From: Pseudidiomarina andamanensis
Lineage (GTDB): Bacteria; Pseudomonadota; Gammaproteobacteria; Enterobacterales; Alteromonadaceae
Reading direction: 5' to 3'
Assembly: GCF_009734345.1 (NCBI RefSeq)
Contig: NZ_CP032551.1
Span: 1,740,001 to 1,772,000 of the forward strand
DNA length: 32,000 nt
Both the position numbers and the translations under genes were made by a program. Numbering within the stretch: the stretch's first letter is position 1; every line of letters starts with the position of its first letter. This document shows positions 1 through 11,364 of the stretch, in pieces. The notes under the pieces are model-generated. The model saw nothing but the letters and a program-made list of their open reading frames with translations, was not told the origin of the DNA and searched no databases.

Positions 1-631
1 TCGGTGACAACAGATAACCACGCTCCGTAACATTCGCATCGCCGCCAAGGGTGAAGCCCGGCAGTAATGGCAATACTTCAATAGCGTAATTATCCTGATA
101 GCTTGTTCGTATTTCGTCGGTATGTATGGCGAACGGTGGGCCTTTCCAATAACCTTCTGGGTATTCAACCATCACTAATAAACCGTTGGCTGCTGATGGT
201 AATATATGTTGTAAATGGTCGATGTATTTGGTTCTGATTGCGGGCGGTAACGCCACCATGGCCGCACGATCGTACCATGCTGCCACTGTTTGCAAATGCG
301 CTTCGCTCAGGTCAAAGAAGTCGCCTTGATAAATGCAGATACCCTCTGCGCGATACGCTGTGAAAGGGCCTTCTCGGCTGGTTCGATACGGCAAGTTATG
401 CTCAGTGAAAAATTCTTGAATTGCCACCTCGCTCAGTTCGATACCAATGACCTGATAGCCTTGCTGAAGCAGCCATTGCATATCGAGCGACTTGCCACAC
501 AATGGCACAAAAATTGTTGAGCCAGTTTGAGCAACTGATTGGATTTGAGCCGTTAACAACGGGTGGACATCACGGCGATGAAAGCCGATTTCCCGCTTCT
601 GCCAGCGTTCATGCCAAAACTCATGTTCCAT
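1..631 (-). CDS. tpm: Thiopurine S-methyltransferase family protein (Tpm/TmpA); C-terminal end cut by the window edge
   Basis: Absent from the supplied ORF track because it is open at the window edge. My reverse-strand translation from ATG (complement of 629-631) reads MEHEFWHERWQKREIGFHRRDVHPLLTAQ...IFVPLCGKSLDMQWLLQQGYQVIGIELSEVAIQEFF...DRAAMVALPP... with no stop down to position 2. It shows the TPMT N-terminal FWxxRW..IGFH motif and the SAM-binding VPLCGKS motif. GGAG (complement of 638-641) lies 6 nt upstream. Confidence 0.8.
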   Translation of the reverse strand, partial: MEHEFWHERWQKREIGFHRRDVHPLLTAQIQSVAQTGSTIFVPLCGKSLDMQWLLQQGYQVIGIELSEVAIQEFFTEHNLPYRTSREGPFTAYRAEGICIYQGDFFDLSEAHLQTVAAWYDRAAMVALPPAIRTKYIDHLQHILPSAANGLLVMVEYPEGYWKGPPFAIHTDEIRTSYQDNYAIEVLPLLPGFTLGGDANVTERGYLLSP

Positions 632-712
632 TTGCAACTCCGTATTCGCACATCAGAACGTTTGGCGTTAAACTATACAGTCGCAAGCGCAAACCGCAAC
701 AATGCAGGTGTT

Positions 713-2518
713 ATGAATAAATTTTCAATTGTTACACGTATCGGAATCGCTCTCAGTGCCATGGTGGGATTAACTATCTTGACGCTCTTGGCTTCCTATT
801 GGCTGTCAGAAAAAGCCGACCACGATGCGTTAGCTATTAATGTTGCGGGGTCACTGCGCTATCAAGCCTATCAGTACAGTTGGCATGTCATGCACTCGCC
901 CGAAAAAGCTGCGACGGTTGCACAGGCACTCAACGAAAGCTGGCATCACAGTGTGTTCAATCGCTTTCAGCATGAGCAAAGTGCTCTCACCGAATTGTAT
1001 CGAACAACCCAAGCCAGTTGGCAAGGGTTTCAGCAGCGCGTCGAAAGCGGCGAGATTCCAGCCAACCGCTTAATGAATGAAATTGAACCACAAATTGATC
1101 AAATCAATGCGTTTGTCACGGCCATTCAGCAAGATGCTGAAACTCGTATTCGCTCGATTCGCTCCATTCAGGTTTTGAGTTTATTTGCCAGCATTGGCTT
1201 AGCGTTTGTTATTTTTTATTGGTTACGCACGCGTGTTCGCTATCCGTTAGAAGTGTTAACCCAAGCGGCACGCCGCATTGGCCAAGGTGACTTTACTGCG
1301 CGCGTTAAACATCCGATGCGCGACGAGCTCGGCGTATTGGCGGGTACTTTAAATAAAATGAATGAAGCCATTGGCTTTATGTATGGCAACCTTGAAAAGC
1401 GCGTGGACGAGCAGACTCAAGCCATTCAAAAATCAAATATTCGTCTGCAATTTTTGTACGACACCGCACGCATGATTATTGAGCATTCGCCGGGTTATCA
1501 CGATTTCACCGAAATTGTGAATGGCTTAAAACAAGCATCCGAAGTGGATGATATTGAGCTTTGCTTAATCACCGAAGCTGGTAACAAGCCTTATCTGCAG
1601 GTACAACCTATCGGCGCACCATTTGACCCTTGTGAAGGCGTCGACTGTAGCCAGTGTGTGAATGCCGGTGCCGGTGTTTCAATCCAGGACAATCAGCGTA
1701 TTTATCGCTTTGCCATTGAGCGTGAAGATCACAGTTATGGTGTGCTCGTGGCACGCTGTCCGTTATCAGAACAACTCAACGATTGGCAGCAACAGCTAAT
1801 TCAATCGGTTGCTGACCAGCTGGCAGTAGCTCTCAGTTTGAAACAAGAAGAGGAGCAGGTACGGCGTTTAGCGCTTATTCAAGAGCGTACGGTGATTGCC
1901 CGTGAGTTACATGATTCGTTAGCGCAAGCCCTGTCTTATTTAAAAATTCAGGTGACGCGTCTGAACAAAGCCATTGAAAAAGATAATCGTGAAGTGATTG
2001 AAGATGTCGCTGAAGAGTTGAAAGAAGGCTTGAATGCAGCTTACCGTCAACTGCGCGAACTGTTGACCACCTTCCGCTTAAAAGTGGATGGCGCCGGTTT
2101 GCTGCATGCGCTACAAACAACCATGCAACAATTTGGCGAGCAGTCGGATATTACTTTCCGCTTAGATTACCAGTTGGAGAATACGCCACTGGTGCCGCAC
2201 GAAGAAATCCACTTGCTGCAAATTATTCGTGAAGCTTGCCAAAATACCATTCACCATAGCCAAGGCTCAGATGTGGTGGTGCGATTATCGCAAGATGACC
2301 AGGAGAAAATTCACCTGAGCATTGAAGATAACGGTATTGGTATTCCAGAAAATGCCGAGAAAATGAACCATTACGGTTTAGCGATTATGCAAGAACGTAG
2401 CCGTCATTTAGGTGGGATTATTTCAATTCAGCGCCGTGATGTGGGTGGTACCGGCGTGTATTTTGAATTCACGCCTCAGTACATTTTGGAACGCCAAAGC
2501 GAGCCCTATCCGGCTTAA
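713..2518 (+). CDS. narX: Nitrate/nitrite sensor histidine kinase, NarX/NarQ type
   Basis: P-box-like AINVAGSLRYQAYQY follows TM1. A HAMP region, a central Cys-containing module (PCEGVDCSQC), the HisKA_3 H-box ERTVIARELHDSLAQALSYLKIQ and an HATPase N/G-box (EDNGIGIP) are present. I chose the start at ATG 713 (MNKFSIV..., AGGTG SD 4 nt upstream) rather than track start 563, which would overlap tpm. Confidence 0.85.
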   Translation: MNKFSIVTRIGIALSAMVGLTILTLLASYWLSEKADHDALAINVAGSLRYQAYQYSWHVMHSPEKAATVAQALNESWHHSVFNRFQHEQSALTELYRTTQASWQGFQQRVESGEIPANRLMNEIEPQIDQINAFVTAIQQDAETRIRSIRSIQVLSLFASIGLAFVIFYWLRTRVRYPLEVLTQAARRIGQGDFTARVKHPMRDELGVLAGTLNKMNEAIGFMYGNLEKRVDEQTQAIQKSNIRLQFLYDTARMIIEHSPGYHDFTEIVNGLKQASEVDDIELCLITEAGNKPYLQVQPIGAPFDPCEGVDCSQCVNAGAGVSIQDNQRIYRFAIEREDHSYGVLVARCPLSEQLNDWQQQLIQSVADQLAVALSLKQEEEQVRRLALIQERTVIARELHDSLAQALSYLKIQVTRLNKAIEKDNREVIEDVAEELKEGLNAAYRQLRELLTTFRLKVDGAGLLHALQTTMQQFGEQSDITFRLDYQLENTPLVPHEEIHLLQIIREACQNTIHHSQGSDVVVRLSQDDQEKIHLSIEDNGIGIPENAEKMNHYGLAIMQERSRHLGGIISIQRRDVGGTGVYFEFTPQYILERQSEPYPA

Positions 2519-2520
2519 CA

Positions 2521-3831
2521 TTATGGGTTGTAAAACTCGCTTTGGTTCCGCAGATACATCACGCTGACCAATACTGCGCACAACAGATAGAAAGCAGCGA
2601 AAACAAACAGCGCAATGCCTGGTGTGGCATGGGTACTATTAATGTACCAGAGTGCAGGAATATAAGCGGCGCCCGCCGTTGCGACTGCAGTTAGCCAGCG
2701 CAGCGTCAGTGGTAACTGTTCGAATGGCAGCACCACACTCACGCTTCGGAAGATTGCGCTACTCGCAGCACCGGTAGCAATGAAAATCACTAAAAATACC
2801 AATAAATACCCAAGAAACCACTGCTCTGGTAACGGGCTCTGGCTCGCCTGATAGGTAATTACGCCCGCCACAACGCAACTCAGTGTGAGTACCAGTGCGC
2901 ACCACAAAGTGACTTTCGCTCCGCCAAATAAATCCGCTAACCAGCCGCCAAACGGACGCGCTAACACGCCCAGTAGTGGACCAATCCACGCGTATGTCAA
3001 CGCACTTGGCGCATAGGTTGCACTAAAGGTTTGTAGACTCAGCGGAAAAGTAATGGTGAAGCCGATAAACGAGCCAAAAGCCATCAGGTAAAAGAGTGTC
3101 ATTAACCACGTATGTTTATTGCGCAAAATAGTGCGGTAATGTGTCCGATTCGTTAAACTTCCAAGTGGTGGCGTTGACTCTGTCGTAGAGGGTCTGGCAA
3201 CTTGCCAAGTAATCGTCGCCAATACTATTGCCGCAACAATTAGCCAACCAATGTTGGCTAAATAAAGCGGCGCACCGGGGGCAATAACCCCAACGATGTC
3301 GCCGCTTCCATGCGCTGTGAACCAAGGTGTAGCCCCAAATAAATTGAGGCTAGAAAGAAATGGTATGGCCGCCTGAGCAACCACAATACCGACACCGGCG
3401 ATACCCGCGTTTACCGCAAGTGTCCAGCCCAGACCGGTTTGATCAATTTTGTCGTTGCGGGTAAATGCAATAAATTGTGCCCCACCAAAGCCACAGGCAG
3501 CGGCCAGCCATTGCAGTGCGGTGTATGACAATGGCGGATTCATTAGCAGCCAGATCATGGCAATAGTTGGTAACAATAACGCAGCCGTACTGAGATAGAT
3601 AAAGCGAGCTTGCATCGCACGCTCACCTAGCCAGAAGAACACAAAATGCCATATTGTTGCGCTCAATCCGGAAATAGCGAGCAAGCGGTACAGTTGAGCG
3701 AAACTAAAGCCAGCGTCAACGGTGAATAATTGCACCACTAACACACTGAGACTCATCCACAGCGTCATGCCAACAATCAAGTTGATTGCTGTTGGCTTGT
3801 CGACGGTTGAAGATGTGCGCACAGTATTCAC
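2521..3831 (-). CDS. MFS transporter of the NarK/NasA nitrate-nitrite porter family (divergent member)
   Basis: About 12 predicted TM segments. Blocks resemble remembered E. coli NarK: YLANIGW, HTWLMTLFYLMAFGSFIGF, GVLARPFGGWLADLFGGAKVTL and AVNAGIAGVG (NS1-like). GTG start at 3831 is preceded by AGGAG 6 nt upstream. It sits between narX and narL. Confidence 0.65.
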   Translation of the reverse strand: MNTVRTSSTVDKPTAINLIVGMTLWMSLSVLVVQLFTVDAGFSFAQLYRLLAISGLSATIWHFVFFWLGERAMQARFIYLSTAALLLPTIAMIWLLMNPPLSYTALQWLAAACGFGGAQFIAFTRNDKIDQTGLGWTLAVNAGIAGVGIVVAQAAIPFLSSLNLFGATPWFTAHGSGDIVGVIAPGAPLYLANIGWLIVAAIVLATITWQVARPSTTESTPPLGSLTNRTHYRTILRNKHTWLMTLFYLMAFGSFIGFTITFPLSLQTFSATYAPSALTYAWIGPLLGVLARPFGGWLADLFGGAKVTLWCALVLTLSCVVAGVITYQASQSPLPEQWFLGYLLVFLVIFIATGAASSAIFRSVSVVLPFEQLPLTLRWLTAVATAGAAYIPALWYINSTHATPGIALFVFAAFYLLCAVLVSVMYLRNQSEFYNP

Positions 3832-3936
3832 GGGCAGCTCCTAGTAATTTTCATGCTATGAACTATGCGTGATTGAACGCAATACAACAATTCAGCGGGA
3901 GTGATAAATTGGCAAGGCAGAAGAGGCAACCGAAAC

Positions 3937-3952
3937 TACCCCAAAAGGGATA
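3937..3952. promoter_or_regulatory. Candidate NarL 7-2-7 inverted heptamer site in the narK-like/narL divergent region
   Basis: TACCCCA-AA-AGGGATA. The heptamers are TACCCCA and, on the other strand, TATCCCT, against the remembered consensus TACYYMT (one mismatch each). The site lies ~105 nt upstream of both divergent start codons. Confidence 0.4.
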
Positions 3953-4054
3953 GTTTGCGCTAATCTGTACTTTGTGGCACAACATTGTGTAACAATACGT
4001 GCTTTAGAATACTGATAAAACGCAATAAAAAGCGACGCAAACAAGGAGCTTGTC

Positions 4055-4699
4055 ATGTCGGACACCCCCGCTAGCATCATGCTTGTGGATGATCATCCAC
4101 TGCTGCGCAAGGGTTTGAAACAGCTGATTTCTCTCGAGGATGGCCTAGAAGTTGTTGCGGAGTGTAGCAACGGCGCAGATGCCTTGGAAAAAGCTGAAGA
4201 GCTTGACCCTGATCTGATCATTCTTGATTTAAACATGCAAGGCATGGATGGCCTCGAAACGCTGAAACGCATGCGCGATAACGGTGTGACGTCTCGCATT
4301 GTCATGTTGACGGTGTCTGATGCGGATGAAGATGTGGTGACCGCCATTACCAACGGCGCCGATGGCTACTTGTTGAAAGATATGGACCCAGAATTATTGC
4401 TGGATCAAATTCAACGCGCCATTGAAGGCAAAATGGTTCTTAGTGAAGCTATTACTGAGGTGCTGGCAACGGCATTGCGCCGTCCATCTGCACCGACCGC
4501 CAGTAAACTCGACGGCTTGACCAATCGCGAACGCGAAATTCTAGAACTGATAGCCAAAGGTATGAGTAACAAAGTGATTGCACGTGAACTCGATATTTCT
4601 GATGGCACCGTGAAAGTGCACGTGAAACACCTACTGAAAAAGCTGGGTTTACGCTCTCGAGTGGAAGCGGCAGTTTGGATGGTGAACCAAGACCTATAA
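4055..4699 (+). CDS. narL: Nitrate/nitrite response regulator NarL (REC + LuxR-type HTH)
   Basis: Near full-length by-eye similarity to E. coli NarL: [107 protein letters not shown] lies 7 nt upstream. Confidence 0.9.
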   Translation: MSDTPASIMLVDDHPLLRKGLKQLISLEDGLEVVAECSNGADALEKAEELDPDLIILDLNMQGMDGLETLKRMRDNGVTSRIVMLTVSDADEDVVTAITNGADGYLLKDMDPELLLDQIQRAIEGKMVLSEAITEVLATALRRPSAPTASKLDGLTNREREILELIAKGMSNKVIARELDISDGTVKVHVKHLLKKLGLRSRVEAAVWMVNQDL

Positions 4700-4731
4700 G
4701 CTTATTGATGCACGTCAAAGCTTTACTTTTT

Positions 4732-4759
4732 AAATCAGCCCACACTTGTGGGCTGATTT
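4732..4759 (+). terminator. Stem-loop downstream of narL (likely intrinsic terminator)
   Basis: Perfect 12-bp stem AAATCAGCCCAC / GTGGGCTGATTT with loop ACTT. The 3' arm ends in TTT, and a T-run also precedes the 5' arm, so it may act in both directions. Confidence 0.6.
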
Positions 4760-4777
4760 AGTTATGGAGCCTTGATC

Positions 4778-6367
4778 ATGCAACTTGGTGCACTGCTTAC
4801 CCAATCACTGCGCCACAGCGGAGTGAACGAATTATTTGGTATTCCTGGTGATTTTATTTTGCCGCTGTTACAGCAGTTACAAGATCAACCTGATGCTCTC
4901 CCGTTTTATTATTTAACCCACGAACCTGCCGCCGTATATGCCGCTGATGCTGCGGCTCGCTGCGCTAATCGCCCAACCGCCGTAGTCTTAACCTATGGCG
5001 CTGGGGCACTTAACGGCGTCAATGCGGATGCCCAAGCCTACGAAGAATATGTGCCACTAATAATTATTGCTGGCTACCCAAGTGTGAAAGAAGTGGCATC
5101 TGGTCTACAAATCCATCATCAAGCCAAAACGATTGATTCGCAACGTACTATCTTTACCGAAATTACCTGCGCACAAGTTCGTTTAGATAATCCAGATACC
5201 GCTGCGAATGAGCTTCAATCCGCATTACAACAATGTCAGCGAAACTCTCGTCCAGTGTTGATTGAAATACCGCGTGATGCCGTCGATTTTAACTTGAAGG
5301 CAGCGAAAGTCGTGCTGCATGAAACGCCACAAGCGGTTGATGAACTGGCCTACCAACGGCTGGTTGAAGCCTTGGGTACAGCGCGACGCCCAGTAATTTT
5401 AAGTGGTGTGAACGTGCGCCGCAGCGGTGCCCAATTCGCACTAGAGCGACTTGCCGAGCAGTTCAATATTCCAATTGTGACTACCTTACTCGGGCGCGCC
5501 AGTGTGAACCCCGAACACAGCTGTTATGGCGGCGTATTCTGCGGCGCACAAGACACTCGAGCTTGCCAGTTGATATATGATGCCGATCTTGTGTTAGCCA
5601 TTGGTGTGGTTTACACCGATAGTAATTTCAGTGCGCATCAGGCGCTAATTCATGCCGAACACTTTCATCGAATCGACTTTCCGAAGCAACCGCTAAAGCT
5701 ATTCTGTGCTCGTCTTGCCAGTGAACCATTGCCTCTTTTTGATCACCGTGATTTAACGCCGATACAGCAGCGAGAGACGACCAATTTTAGTGCCGACACC
5801 GTGGTGCGTGAAATTCATCAGCAGCTTAGCCGCCAACGCGCGATTGTGCCCATCATTAGCGATGTTGGCGACTGCTTGTTTGCATCTCTACAAGCGACAC
5901 CTTCAGAATTCTTGGCACCCGCTTACTATGCCTCAATGGGATACGCCGTTCCGGCTGCACTTGGGGTTTATGTGACGAGCCAACGACGCCCGGTGGTATT
6001 GGTTGGTGATGGCGCTTTCTTAATGACCGGTTTAGAGCTCGCTCACAGCTTGCGTTATGGCTGCCGACCAATTGTGGTGCTGTTTAACAACCACAAATGG
6101 GACATGATTGCGGCATTTGCGCCAACACTTAAAGCAACCGCGCTACAGCATTGGCAATTCCCCCAGCTGGCTGAATCCATGGGGATTCATAGCTTGCGTG
6201 CGCATGACCAACAAAGCTTCGCAGCTGCCTTTGCGCATGCTTGGGCTGACCCCGATCGCGCCCACCTGATTGATGTATGGCTACCAGAAAATAGCCGCAC
6301 GGCGCGACTTCAACAGTTCGCTCAAACGTTGACGGCGATCAACAAAACGGGCGCCAGCGAGGTATAA
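4778..6367 (+). CDS. Thiamine-diphosphate-dependent 2-keto-acid decarboxylase (indolepyruvate/phenylpyruvate decarboxylase-like)
   Basis: N-terminal PYR domain (GIPGDFILPLL, HEPAAVYAADAAAR, YGAGALNG) and C-terminal TPP motif GDGAFLMTG...VVLFNNHKWDM. Start moved to ATG 4778 (GGAG 8 nt upstream) instead of TTG 4772. Confidence 0.7.
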   Translation: MQLGALLTQSLRHSGVNELFGIPGDFILPLLQQLQDQPDALPFYYLTHEPAAVYAADAAARCANRPTAVVLTYGAGALNGVNADAQAYEEYVPLIIIAGYPSVKEVASGLQIHHQAKTIDSQRTIFTEITCAQVRLDNPDTAANELQSALQQCQRNSRPVLIEIPRDAVDFNLKAAKVVLHETPQAVDELAYQRLVEALGTARRPVILSGVNVRRSGAQFALERLAEQFNIPIVTTLLGRASVNPEHSCYGGVFCGAQDTRACQLIYDADLVLAIGVVYTDSNFSAHQALIHAEHFHRIDFPKQPLKLFCARLASEPLPLFDHRDLTPIQQRETTNFSADTVVREIHQQLSRQRAIVPIISDVGDCLFASLQATPSEFLAPAYYASMGYAVPAALGVYVTSQRRPVVLVGDGAFLMTGLELAHSLRYGCRPIVVLFNNHKWDMIAAFAPTLKATALQHWQFPQLAESMGIHSLRAHDQQSFAAAFAHAWADPDRAHLIDVWLPENSRTARLQQFAQTLTAINKTGASEV

Positions 6368-6419
6368 ACTACCCGGTCAAAATTCCAGCCACAACCGACT
6401 GCAGTTACACAAGGGTGTT

Positions 6420-7763
6420 ATGTCATCACATCAAACCGGACCAGAATTATTGAGCCCAGCCGGCAGCATCAAAGCGATGCGCCTTGCATTTGCTTACGGT
6501 GCCGATGCTGTTTATGCCGGCCAACCTCGCTATAGCTTGCGTGTACGCAACAACGAATTTGATTTGCCCCGCCTTGAGCAAGGCATCAACGAAGCGCACG
6601 CGCTGGGTAAAAAGTTCTACGTGGTGGTGAATATTGCCCCGCACAACGCCAAGCTTGTTTCATTTGTAGAAGATATGGCTCCGGTGGTGGCCTTAAAGCC
6701 AGATGCGCTCATTGTGTCTGATCCTGGCATTGTTATGTTGCTACGCCAACATTATCCCGAGCAAGCATTGCATTTAAGCGTACAGGCCAATACTGTCAAC
6801 TGGGCGGCGGTGCAATTCTGGCAGCAGCAAGGCATTGAGCGAGTAATTTTGTCACGTGAACTTGAAGTACGTGAGATTGCTGACATTCGCGAGAAATGTC
6901 CGGATATGGAGCTTGAAGTATTCGTGCACGGTGCGTTGTGTATGGCCTATTCTGGCCGTTGTTTGCTATCTGGCTACTTCAATAAACGCGACCCCAATCA
7001 AGGCGCTTGCACTAATTCGTGTCGCTGGCCATATCAGGTGCATGATGCCGAAGAAGACGCGGTAGGTCAGTTTAATCCTATCGACACGCCAGTGCTACTA
7101 ACCGAGCCACAGCGTCCTGGTGAATATATGCTGATGGACGAGGACCTGCATGGCACGTACATCATGAATTCCAAAGACTTGCGTGGCATTGAGCACGTTG
7201 AGGCGTTAACCCGTATGGGGGTGCACTCACTGAAAATTGAAGGGCGCACTAAGTCACCTTATTACGTTGCACGCACCGCACAAGTATATCGCCAAGCGAT
7301 TGATGATGCGGTGGCCGGCAAACCATTTAACCGAGGTTTATTAGCTGACTTGGAGGGCATGGCGAATCGGGGTTTCACTGAAGGCTTCTTGCGCCGCCAC
7401 GTGCCCAGCGACACGCAAAACTACGATACCAGCCATAGCTTGGGTGAACAGCTCTTGGTAGGGGAAGTGCTGTCGGTTGAAGGCGCTGATGCTTATGTTG
7501 ATGTCAAAAATGCCTTTGCTGTCGGCGATACACTGATTTTGATGAAACCATCAGGAAATGTGACCTTTACACTGAGCGCTATGCGCGATGCACAAAACGA
7601 ACCTTTGCCCCGTGCCGCCGGTGCTGGCCGCCAGGTTCACGTGCAATTACCAATTGAGTTAACCGATGATGATGCACACTTCAGTATGCTCATTAAGATT
7701 GGCGAACACAAACCGCAACAAACGATTCCAGTGGTGGAGGTGACCAATGCCTGTGGTGATTGA
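6420..7763 (+). CDS. trhP: Peptidase U32 family protein, YegQ/TrhP type (prephenate-dependent tRNA uridine-34 hydroxylase)
   Basis: Strong by-eye match to remembered E. coli YegQ: PELLSPAGS.KAMR.AFAYGADAVYAGQPRYSLRVRNNEF, GINEAHALGKKFYVVVNIAPHNAKL, FVHGALCMAYSGRCLLSGYFNKRDPNQGACTNSCRW. Confidence 0.85.
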   Translation: MSSHQTGPELLSPAGSIKAMRLAFAYGADAVYAGQPRYSLRVRNNEFDLPRLEQGINEAHALGKKFYVVVNIAPHNAKLVSFVEDMAPVVALKPDALIVSDPGIVMLLRQHYPEQALHLSVQANTVNWAAVQFWQQQGIERVILSRELEVREIADIREKCPDMELEVFVHGALCMAYSGRCLLSGYFNKRDPNQGACTNSCRWPYQVHDAEEDAVGQFNPIDTPVLLTEPQRPGEYMLMDEDLHGTYIMNSKDLRGIEHVEALTRMGVHSLKIEGRTKSPYYVARTAQVYRQAIDDAVAGKPFNRGLLADLEGMANRGFTEGFLRRHVPSDTQNYDTSHSLGEQLLVGEVLSVEGADAYVDVKNAFAVGDTLILMKPSGNVTFTLSAMRDAQNEPLPRAAGAGRQVHVQLPIELTDDDAHFSMLIKIGEHKPQQTIPVVEVTNACGD

Positions 7764-7944
7764 TAGCGATTGCATTAACTGCGACATGTGCGTACCCGAG
7801 TGCCCTAATGACGCCATTGCCATGGGCAAAGAGCACTACATAGTAGACGTGAACAAATGCACCGAATGCGAGGGCTTCTACGATGAACCCGCTTGCATTC
7901 CGGTTTGCCCGATTGAATGCATGACGTTAGTTCCTGACGCTTAA
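7747..7944 (+). CDS. yfhL: YfhL-like 2x[4Fe-4S] ferredoxin
   Basis: Two CxxCxxCxxxCP clusters (CINCDMCVPECP and CTECEGFYDEPACIPVCP). GGAGG lies 7 nt upstream of the ATG. The start overlaps the trhP 3' end by 17 nt. Confidence 0.8.
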   Translation: MPVVIDSDCINCDMCVPECPNDAIAMGKEHYIVDVNKCTECEGFYDEPACIPVCPIECMTLVPDA

Positions 7945-9029
7945 GCTTGCAAGCAAGCACTCAGGTGCTCACGCCAGAACTCTGGTGCTTGCTGCATGGT
8001 ACGGCGACCCACGCTGATTTCGCAAATACACTCATTATTTATAAGGGCGCGCGGTAACGGCAGAACAACCACACCTGTTGTATTCGCATAATCAGTGATT
8101 GCATGAATCAACGTCTCTTCTTCGCGGTCAATGTGCAAGTGGAACATGGCCGCTTGCGGTTGCTTGGGGTTCACACGCACACCATCAATGGAATCCAGTA
8201 ACTGACCAAGTTCCCGCGCATAGTGAACGGCGTTATTAATTGCCGCTAAATTATCTTCAAGACCTTTCTCAGCCGCCAAAATATATGGATACATTGATAT
8301 TAAATTACCGCCCGCGCGACGACTCCAACGTTTTGCCTCCGAAATAAATGCTTCTGTACCCGCCAAAATCGCTCCGGCAATACCACCGATATCTTTGTAC
8401 AAGCTCACGTAGACCGAGTCAGCAAACTCACAAATTTCTGCCAAACTGCGTTGGTAATACGTTGGACAATGCCACAGCCGTGCGCCATCGATGTGAACGG
8501 CAATGCTATGTTTACGTGCCCATGCCACTTGCGCCTGCAAGTCATCCCAAGTCGGTAGTTGACCGCCAATTTCACGCATCGGCAACTCCAGCACAATCGC
8601 CGCTAATTCGGTTGTATTCGCTTGTTCTAAGTCGTTCAGTGTTAGCACCTTCTCGGCATTACCTAACAGCAGGCCTTGCAGCCCCCATAGCTGCTGATAA
8701 CCATCTTGTTCATGCAGCACCAGATGCGATGTTGGGTGCAGCCCAACTTGCTGTTTCTGGCTTGCCTCGCTGTGAATTTTCAGCGCCATCGGCTGTGCCA
8801 GCGTTCCGCTTGGCAAAAATAACGCCGCTGGTTTACCAAGCATGTTGGCAATTTTCGCCTCAAAGCTCTCAATCAATGCGCCGCTACCATACACATCTGG
8901 CTCAAGAACACTTTCAGAACGCTCGGCAAGTTGTCGCAATACCTGCGCCATGGACTCAGGCGGATGACGCAGTATCGACCACTGCGCCTGACGTGCGGCT
9001 TGTTGATAGGCTTGGCGTATATTGGTCAT
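7941..9029 (-). CDS. PLP-dependent threonine aldolase / beta-eliminating lyase family protein
   Basis: 362 aa with fold-type-I aminotransferase-like features: FLPSGTLAQ, HIDGARLW, and a candidate PLP lysine in SLYKDIGG. The family assignment is by motif resemblance only. Confidence 0.55.
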   Translation of the reverse strand: MTNIRQAYQQAARQAQWSILRHPPESMAQVLRQLAERSESVLEPDVYGSGALIESFEAKIANMLGKPAALFLPSGTLAQPMALKIHSEASQKQQVGLHPTSHLVLHEQDGYQQLWGLQGLLLGNAEKVLTLNDLEQANTTELAAIVLELPMREIGGQLPTWDDLQAQVAWARKHSIAVHIDGARLWHCPTYYQRSLAEICEFADSVYVSLYKDIGGIAGAILAGTEAFISEAKRWSRRAGGNLISMYPYILAAEKGLEDNLAAINNAVHYARELGQLLDSIDGVRVNPKQPQAAMFHLHIDREEETLIHAITDYANTTGVVVLPLPRALINNECICEISVGRRTMQQAPEFWREHLSACLQA

Positions 9030-9181
9030 GAGGCTGTCACTTCTACTTGAAATACTGTGCTATTAAACAAAGTTTCATCGAAAAAAGCTATTAAGTTGGT
9101 CGTTTTTATTTCCTTTGACTAGACTCATTAAGAGCGTAGGGTAAGGCATTATCATGAAATTTGATGATGCTAACGAATTGA

Positions 9182-11353
<2,172 letters not shown>

Positions 11354-11364
11354 TTAGTTGGAAT

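Noticed and set aside
563-712. 50-codon N-terminal extension of the narX ORF in the supplied track
   Set aside because: It overlaps the 5' end of the reverse-strand tpm gene and lacks an SD. ATG 713 has AGGTG upstream and gives a normal NarX N-terminus (a short cytoplasmic stub, then TM1).
3873-3886. FNR-like sequence TTGAACGCAATACA upstream of the NarK-like gene
   Set aside because: Only the left half-site resembles TTGAT. The right half (ATACA) does not match ATCAA at the required N4 spacing.
3892-4080. 62-aa reverse-strand ORF in the narK-like/narL intergenic region
   Set aside because: It has no SD, overlaps the narL start and the candidate NarL operator, and has low-complexity composition. 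Probably spurious.
8348-9031. 227-aa ORF antisense to the aldolase-like gene. Similar long shadow ORFs occur at 10296-10799, 15340-15807 and 22363-22782.
   Set aside because: Each lies entirely within a well-supported gene with clear family motifs. Their translations are Arg/Ser/Cys/His-rich with no recognisable domains, which is typical of off-frame or antisense shadows.
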